Shown here: piece by piece, positions 16,307 through 21,391 of the stretch
Position numbering within the stretch: the first letter of the stretch is position 1
Layout of the letters: every line of letters starts with the position of its first letter
DNA from: a virus
Lineage: Duplodnaviria > Heunggongvirae > Uroviricota > Caudoviricetes
Reading direction: 5' to 3' (one strand)
Length of the DNA stretch: 21,391 bases
IMG/VR virus record: IMGVR_UViG_2778261068_000006
Location: 1-21,391 of that record
The notes under the pieces: generated by a model
What the model was told of the DNA's origin: nothing
The model's database searches: none
The model's input: the letters and a program-made list of their open reading frames with translations, nothing else
Position numbers and translations under genes: made by a program

Positions 16307-16576
16307 ATGGGGCTTGAAATGATTATTGGCTTAGTTCTTGCTGCACTGGCAGCAATTGCTGGTGCTTTTGGTCTGGGTAAATCACGCGGTACCAGAATCG
16401 CTGAAACAAAAGCAGACCAGCAACGTACGGAAGAACGTGCAGCGGCTATTGAAGCGGTCGCCAAACGCAGGGTAGAGACAATAAAAGGGGCTAGGGATGT
16501 ACAGCAGACTGTTAACCATCTTTCTGATGACGATGTTGACCACGAGTTGCGCGAAAGCTATACCCGCAAAGCCTGA
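16307..16576 (+). CDS. Putative i-spanin (Rz-like)
   Basis: 89-aa product with N-terminal TM (MIIGLVLAALAAIAGAFGLG) then charged helical region; SD gaggt; follows endolysin. Confidence 0.5.
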   Translation: MGLEMIIGLVLAALAAIAGAFGLGKSRGTRIAETKADQQRTEERAAAIEAVAKRRVETIKGARDVQQTVNHLSDDDVDHELRESYTRKA

Positions 16577-16739
16577 AGTAACGGACACGACCTGTGACTG
16601 GGTGAACATCATCTACCTAACAGAGCACGATATTACCGTGCTGGATAAACAGACGAAGCGGGACATATTGGCGCATAACAAATCAGTGCAGGCTAACTGC
16701 AGGAAGAAAGCGGGGCATGAACGCAGAGAACTTAAGTAA
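16497..16739 (+). CDS. Putative o-spanin lipoprotein (Rz1-like), overlapping the i-spanin in a different frame
   Basis: 80-aa ORF with signal-like N-terminus ending LTTSC (imperfect lipobox); overlaps 3' end of Rz-like gene by about 80 nt. Confidence 0.45.
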   Translation: MYSRLLTIFLMTMLTTSCAKAIPAKPEVTDTTCDWVNIIYLTEHDITVLDKQTKRDILAHNKSVQANCRKKAGHERRELK

Positions 16740-16954
16740 CGCGCATTACATCTATAACGAGATGAAAGAGCTACAGCGACAGAAAGGTATACTGGAAAGT
16801 GGTGCTGGGCTTGGTGTGACAATCCAGTCTGCCTATTAAGATAATGCCTTTATTGAGGCTATACGCCCGCATGCAGTTGCTGAACTTGACCGCCACATTG
16901 AGGAAAAGAAATCCGTGCTGGTTAATTTGGGAGCTTCCTTTTTTATACGAGCAT

Positions 16955-16986
16955 AATAAAGCGGGTTGGAAACCCGCCTAAAGCAC
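16955..16986 (-). terminator. Intrinsic terminator for the antisense YfbU-like gene
   Basis: gcgggtt-gga-aacccgc hairpin (16961-16977) followed on the minus strand by TTTATTAT; not T-rich on the plus side. Confidence 0.55.
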
Positions 16987-17526
16987 TTAGAAACTGCGTG
17001 GAGCTGTGGAAAGAATGGATGCCAGTTCTTCCTTTGATAAATCCCAGCTTCGATTTACAGCGTCAATTTTCTTAAACTCATCAAGCATTGCGTTATAGAG
17101 ATGTTCTGTACGTGAATGAGTATTGGCAATGGGCTGTTTCTGTTCGGGGAAGCGATCAATTTTCTGATACGCCTCAATGATACTGAAGTAATCGCATTCA
17201 TTATTACCGTCGAAACCTGGGAGCTGAATTTCCCCATCATGTATTTTTAGATGATGGTCACGGACTAATTCTTTTTGCTCGTCATCACTAAGTTTCCTGA
17301 AAGCATTGGAAAGTCCGCGGTACATATTCAAGACAGCAGTAACAAAATCACGATCTTCTTTACTTGGTTCATCAACATCCAAATGTGAATATTCGGCCTT
17401 CATAACCCAATCATTACCAGATGACACAGCATATTTTACAAGCTGTGGATCAATATCAGTTTCGATACCTAGGTGGATGGCAATGTCACATAACAAAATG
17501 GTATTGATTTTATCCTTAATATCCAT
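16987..17526 (-). CDS. YfbU (UPF0304)-family protein, antisense moron between lysis and packaging genes
   Basis: 179-aa AT-rich ORF; EDRDFVTAVLNMYRGL, PGFDGNNECDYF and ANTHSRTEHLYNAML align to E. coli YfbU (EETCRTIIDIMEMYHAL, LGFDAATEARYL, GTHGFNAQTPMWEKYQRML); opposite orientation to all flanking late genes, own terminator. Confidence 0.6.
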   Translation of the reverse strand: MDIKDKINTILLCDIAIHLGIETDIDPQLVKYAVSSGNDWVMKAEYSHLDVDEPSKEDRDFVTAVLNMYRGLSNAFRKLSDDEQKELVRDHHLKIHDGEIQLPGFDGNNECDYFSIIEAYQKIDRFPEQKQPIANTHSRTEHLYNAMLDEFKKIDAVNRSWDLSKEELASILSTAPRSF

Positions 17527-17664
17527 GAGTTAACCCTCTGAAGTAAAAAGTAATATCTACACCCGTTAGCTCATGAAGTCTATTGATCTGGCTCATATCA
17601 GCGGCAAATCTATTTCATGGAGATACTCAATGCAGGTCACTTTTGATTTATATAAGGGCGAAAC

Positions 17665-18015
17665 ATGCCAGCACTAATCCCACGCGCCTGCCGTAAACGT
17701 GGATGTGCAGGTACAACCACAGACAGTTCTGGTTACTGCGATAAACATCGTGGCGAAGGATGGGCACAGCATCAACGCGGACTAAGTCGCCACCAGCGTG
17801 GCTATGGCACGAAATGGGATGCCATACGTGCGCGCATACTGAAGCGTGATAATCATCTGTGTCAGAACTGCCTGCGCAATGGGAGAGCCGTTGAAGCCAG
17901 AACTGTGGACCACATCATTCCGAAAGCTCATGGTGGCACGGATGCAGACAGTAACCTGCAGAGTCTGTGCTGGCCCTGCCATAAAGCAAAAACAGCGCGC
18001 GAACGCATCAATTGA
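17665..18015 (+). CDS. HNH endonuclease (terminase-associated)
   Basis: 116-aa product with Cys-rich N-terminus and HNH core DHIIPKAHGGTDADSNLQSLCWPCHKAK; immediately upstream of terS/terL as in HK97-like phages. Confidence 0.85.
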   Translation: MPALIPRACRKRGCAGTTTDSSGYCDKHRGEGWAQHQRGLSRHQRGYGTKWDAIRARILKRDNHLCQNCLRNGRAVEARTVDHIIPKAHGGTDADSNLQSLCWPCHKAKTARERIN

Positions 18016-18163
18016 TAACAGTTCCCATCTGTAGGGGAGGGGCGGGTCAAATCTCTGCAACTCTGGCTGCTCAGTACCGCCGCCTGACCCATCCTCACAT
18101 CGCCGCAGGTTCGAAAACTTTTTTTTGGGAATGTGATTAAACGATTGATAGGTAAAACCGATT
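18016..18163. other. Candidate cos/packaging-site region between HNH and terS
   Basis: Noncoding 148 bp containing gggcgggtca ... ccgccgcctgaccc inverted symmetry and palindromic ggttcgaaaac followed by T8; call is positional by analogy with HK97. Confidence 0.35.
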
Positions 18164-18646
18164 ATGTCAGGACCCCCGAAAACCCCGCCACGCCTGCATT
18201 TGATACGAGGCAACCCCTCAAAGCGCCCCGTTAAAGACCCAAAAAAAATCGCTAAAAAGGATGAAAAAGGTCTCCCTAAAATTCCGCAACATTTAGGGGC
18301 ACAGGGGAAGTACTGGTTCAGGCGAATGGCGGAAGAACTGAATGCGGAAGGGATCATTTCTCAGCTTGATGCGCGTGCACTCGAGTTACTGGTGGAAGCC
18401 TACACCGAATACCGGCATCACTGCGAAACACTCGATGTTGAGGGGTATACCTACCGCACGGAAACGCAGAGCGGTGATGTACTGATTAAGGCGCACCCCG
18501 CGGCGGCAATGAAAGCGGATGCCTGGAAGCGGATCCGGGCAATGCTTGCAGAGTTTGGTATGTCACCGGCAAGCCGGGCTAAAGTAAATATCGCCGGACC
18601 GGATGATGTTGATCCGCTGGCGGAGCTTTTAAAAGCGAGAGACTGA
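18164..18646 (+). CDS. Terminase small subunit (P27 family)
   Basis: 160-aa ORF immediately upstream of and ATGA-coupled to the terminase large subunit; basic N-terminus. Confidence 0.8.
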   Translation: MSGPPKTPPRLHLIRGNPSKRPVKDPKKIAKKDEKGLPKIPQHLGAQGKYWFRRMAEELNAEGIISQLDARALELLVEAYTEYRHHCETLDVEGYTYRTETQSGDVLIKAHPAAAMKADAWKRIRAMLAEFGMSPASRAKVNIAGPDDVDPLAELLKARD

Positions 18647-20403
18647 TGGCAAAAGTGGCTGACGGGATCCGCTACGCCGAACGTGTTGTTGCAGGAGAAA
18701 TTGTTGCTGGCGAATTTGTCCGTCTGGCCTGCCAGCGTTTTCTTGATGATCTGAAGTACGGCGAAGAGCGGGGGATTTATTTCAGTGAACCCCGTGCGCA
18801 GCACATCCTGAATTTCTACAAATTTGTACCTCATGTAAAAGGGGTGCTGGCAGGCCAGCCCATTGACTTGATGGACTGGCATGTATTTATCCTCATTAAT
18901 ATTTTTGGTTTTGTCATTCCGCTGGTGAATGAAGATACCGGGGAAGTTGTCATGCGCAGCGATGGCAGCGGACGTCCGGTGATGGTGCGCCGGTTCCGGA
19001 CGGCGTACAACGAAGTCGCCCGTAAAAACGCAAAATCAACTCTGTCATCGGGTATCGGCCTGTATATGACGGGGGCAGATGGTGAAGGCGGAGCTGAGGT
19101 GTATTCAGCCGCAACCACGCGTGACCAGGCCAGAATCGTGTTTGAAGACGCCAAAAATATGGTCAGAAAAGCCCGGTCGACACTCGGGCGGTTGTTTGAT
19201 TTCAACAAGCTGGCGATTTACCAGGAGCAGAGCGCATCAAAATTTGAACCGCTTTCTTCGGATGCAAACAACCTGGATGGTCTGAACATCCACTGCGCCA
19301 TTATTGATGAGCTGCATGCACATAAAACCCGTGACGTGTGGGACGTTCTGGAAACGGCAACCGGTGCCCGTCTGCAGTCCCTTTTATTTGGTATCACCAC
19401 GGCAGGGTTTAACAAGGAAGGGATTTGTTACGAGCAGCGTGATTACGCCATCAAGGTATTGCGTGGCTATAACAGCGACGTGGAGGGCGCGGTAAAAGAC
19501 GACTCCTACTTTGCGATTATTTACACCCTCGATGAGGGAGATGATCCGTTTGATGAAACGGTCTGGCAGAAAGCGAATCCTGGCCTGGGCATCTGTAAAC
19601 GCTGGGATGATCTGCGTCGCCTGGCAAAAAAAGCGAAGGAGCAGGTCTCTGCGCGGGTGAATTTTTTCACGAAACACATGAATGTGTGGGTGACAGCAGA
19701 GTCTGCCTGGATGGACATGATTAAGTGGGAGAAATGCGAATACATTGCCCCACGACATGAGCTGAAAACGTATCCCATGTGGGTCGGCGTTGACCTTGCT
19801 CATAAGATTGATATCTGTGCGGCGACAAAACTCTGGCGAACGGATAACGGGCATGTTCATGCCGATTTTAAATTCTGGCTCCCGGAAGGACGGCTGGAAC
19901 GATGCTCGCGGCAGCAGGCAGAACTTTACCGGAAGTGGGCGGAGATGGATAAGCTGATTCTGACGGATGGTGATGTTATCGATCATGCTCAGATAAAAAG
20001 TGACTTACTGGAATGGATTGGTGGTGAAAACCTCAGGGAACTGGGATTTGACCCGTGGAGCGCAATGCAGTTCAGCCTGGCACTGGCTGAAGAAGGGATA
20101 CCGCTGGTGGAGGTTCCGCAGACGGTCCGCAATCTGTCAGAGGCCATGAAGGAAACGGAATCACTGGTCTATGCGGGGCGTTTCCATCACAGCAATCATC
20201 CGGTCATGAACTGGATGATGTCTAACGTTACGGTAAAACCGGACAAAAACGACAATATCTTCCCGAATAAATCCACGCCGGAAGCCAAAATCGACGGCCC
20301 TGTTGCGATGTTTACAGCAATGAGCCGGATGCTGGTCAATGGTGGTGAACCGGAGCCGGATCTGTCTGAACATCTGGTCAGCGTGGGCATCCGCTCGCTT
20401 TAA
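18646..20403 (+). CDS. Terminase large subunit (HK97-like)
   Basis: 585-aa ORF; size, position and nuclease-region acidic residues consistent with TerL. Confidence 0.9.
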   Translation: MAKVADGIRYAERVVAGEIVAGEFVRLACQRFLDDLKYGEERGIYFSEPRAQHILNFYKFVPHVKGVLAGQPIDLMDWHVFILINIFGFVIPLVNEDTGEVVMRSDGSGRPVMVRRFRTAYNEVARKNAKSTLSSGIGLYMTGADGEGGAEVYSAATTRDQARIVFEDAKNMVRKARSTLGRLFDFNKLAIYQEQSASKFEPLSSDANNLDGLNIHCAIIDELHAHKTRDVWDVLETATGARLQSLLFGITTAGFNKEGICYEQRDYAIKVLRGYNSDVEGAVKDDSYFAIIYTLDEGDDPFDETVWQKANPGLGICKRWDDLRRLAKKAKEQVSARVNFFTKHMNVWVTAESAWMDMIKWEKCEYIAPRHELKTYPMWVGVDLAHKIDICAATKLWRTDNGHVHADFKFWLPEGRLERCSRQQAELYRKWAEMDKLILTDGDVIDHAQIKSDLLEWIGGENLRELGFDPWSAMQFSLALAEEGIPLVEVPQTVRNLSEAMKETESLVYAGRFHHSNHPVMNWMMSNVTVKPDKNDNIFPNKSTPEAKIDGPVAMFTAMSRMLVNGGEPEPDLSEHLVSVGIRSL

Positions 20404-20414
20404 CCGAGGTCATT

Positions 20415-20597
20415 ATGTTTCTGATAATTCTCGCGCCACTGGTGGGCGTGCTGGGTGCGCTTTTGCTGGCGTATGGTGCCTGGCTGATTTATCCCCCGGC
20501 GGGTTTTGTTGTTGCCGGGGTGCTGTGCCTGTTCTGGTCGTGGCTGGTGGCGCGATATCTCGACCGTACACAGCCGTCTGTCGGCGGAGGTAAATAG
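20415..20597 (+). CDS. Small hydrophobic protein between terL and portal
   Basis: 60-aa ORF with two hydrophobic helices; stop overlaps portal GTG start (taGTG). Confidence 0.45.
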   Translation: MFLIILAPLVGVLGALLLAYGAWLIYPPAGFVVAGVLCLFWSWLVARYLDRTQPSVGGGK

Positions 20598-21391
20598 TGT
20601 TCTTTTCGGGATTATTTCAACGAAAAAGTGACGCGCCGGTGACCACGCCAGCAGAGCTGGCAGATGCTATCGGGCTGTCATATGACACCTATACCGGAAA
20701 GCAGATCAGCAGCCAGCGGGCCATGCGACTGACGGCGGTTTTTTCCTGCGTCAGGGTGCTGGCAGAGTCGGTCGGGATGTTGCCCTGCAATCTGTATCAC
20801 CTGAACGGCAGCCTGAAACAGAGAGCCACCGGCGAACGTCTGCATAAGCTGATCTCCACGCATCCTAATGGCTATATGACGCCGCAGGAGTTCTGGGAGC
20901 TGGTGGTCACCTGTCTGTGCCTGAGGGGAAACTTTTACGCCTACAAAGTGAAAGCATTTGGCGAAGTGGCTGAACTGCTGCCCGTCGATCCCGGCTGTGT
21001 GGTACCGAAGCTTAACAGTAGCTGGGAGCCGGTCTATCAGGTCACATTCCCGGATGGCTCCACGGATGTACTGAGCCAGGAGGATATCTGGCATGTGCGC
21101 ACGCTGACGCTGGACGGACTGGTGGGGCTGAATCCCATCGCCTATGCCCGCGAGGCAATATCGCTGGCGGCAGCGACCGAAGAGCACGGGGCCAGACTGT
21201 TCAGCAATGGTGCGGTGACGTCGGGTGTGTTGCGTACAGAGCAGACGCTGTCAGATCAGGCTTACGAGCGCCTGAAGAAAGATTTTGAGGAGCGTCACAC
21301 CGGGCTTGGCAATGCTCACCGCCCGATGATCCTTGAGATGGGGCTGGACTGGAAGTCGATGGCGCTGAACGCCGAGGACAGCCAGTTCCTG
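20597..21391 (+). CDS. Portal protein (HK97 family), 3'-truncated by window end
   Basis: GTG start at 20597 with SD ggagg at 20586-20590; open frame to end of window (265 codons) reading [10 protein letters not shown]...GLNPIAYAREAISLAAATEEHGARLFSNGA; not in ORF track because no stop is reached. Confidence 0.8.
   Translation, partial: MFFSGLFQRKSDAPVTTPAELADAIGLSYDTYTGKQISSQRAMRLTAVFSCVRVLAESVGMLPCNLYHLNGSLKQRATGERLHKLISTHPNGYMTPQEFWELVVTCLCLRGNFYAYKVKAFGEVAELLPVDPGCVVPKLNSSWEPVYQVTFPDGSTDVLSQEDIWHVRTLTLDGLVGLNPIAYAREAISLAAATEEHGARLFSNGAVTSGVLRTEQTLSDQAYERLKKDFEERHTGLGNAHRPMILEMGLDWKSMALNAEDSQFL

Noticed and set aside
17782-18357. 191-aa minus-strand ORF spanning the HNH gene, the cos gap and the terS start
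   Set aside because: Antisense to two confidently assigned genes and crossing a noncoding gap; typical shadow ORF.
19384-19986. 200-aa minus-strand ORF inside the terminase large subunit gene
   Set aside because: Fully antisense to terL, whose identity is strong; no independent support.
20678-21187. 169-aa minus-strand ORF inside the portal gene
   Set aside because: Antisense to the portal reading frame, which has a good SD and family-like sequence.
1-21391. Scan for tRNA genes, rRNA and CRISPR arrays
   Set aside because: No cloverleaf-like tRNA candidates, no rRNA-like stretches and no regularly spaced direct repeats with spacers seen; the only ordered repeat array is the iteron set, which is inside a gene and has no unique spacers of CRISPR length.

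Overview
This window reads as one contiguous lambdoid prophage of an Enterobacteriaceae (E. coli-like) host, running from the integrase end (int stop codon at bases 1-3) into the head genes (portal truncated at 21391). Identifications rest on reading the six-frame translations against remembered protein families; no database search was run. Order, left to right: int / xis / large exonuclease-like gene (minus strand); a Qin-like division-inhibition module ydfD-dicB-DicF sRNA-ydfB/C-like-ydfA-like (minus strand); the immunity switch dicA <-> dicC with four TTAG-N6-CTAA operator palindromes; ydaT-like; a replication initiator with embedded iterons and a DnaT-like C-terminus; an AT-rich island; a 5'-truncated Cys-rich gene fragment; an IS481-like insertion sequence sitting directly upstream of a hok toxin gene; rem-like, DUF968, rusA and Q-like antiterminator; a tR'-type terminator; a 298-aa AT-rich gene of unknown function in the Q-to-holin cargo slot; the lysis cassette (holin, second membrane protein, GH19 endolysin, overlapped spanins); an antisense YfbU-like gene in the bor-equivalent slot; then HNH endonuclease, a probable cos region, terminase small and large subunits and portal (HK97-like packaging). 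The best candidates for an undescribed accessory or defence function are the 298-aa late-region gene and the antisense YfbU-like gene, neither of which I can assign a function from sequence alone. No tRNA, rRNA or CRISPR array was seen.
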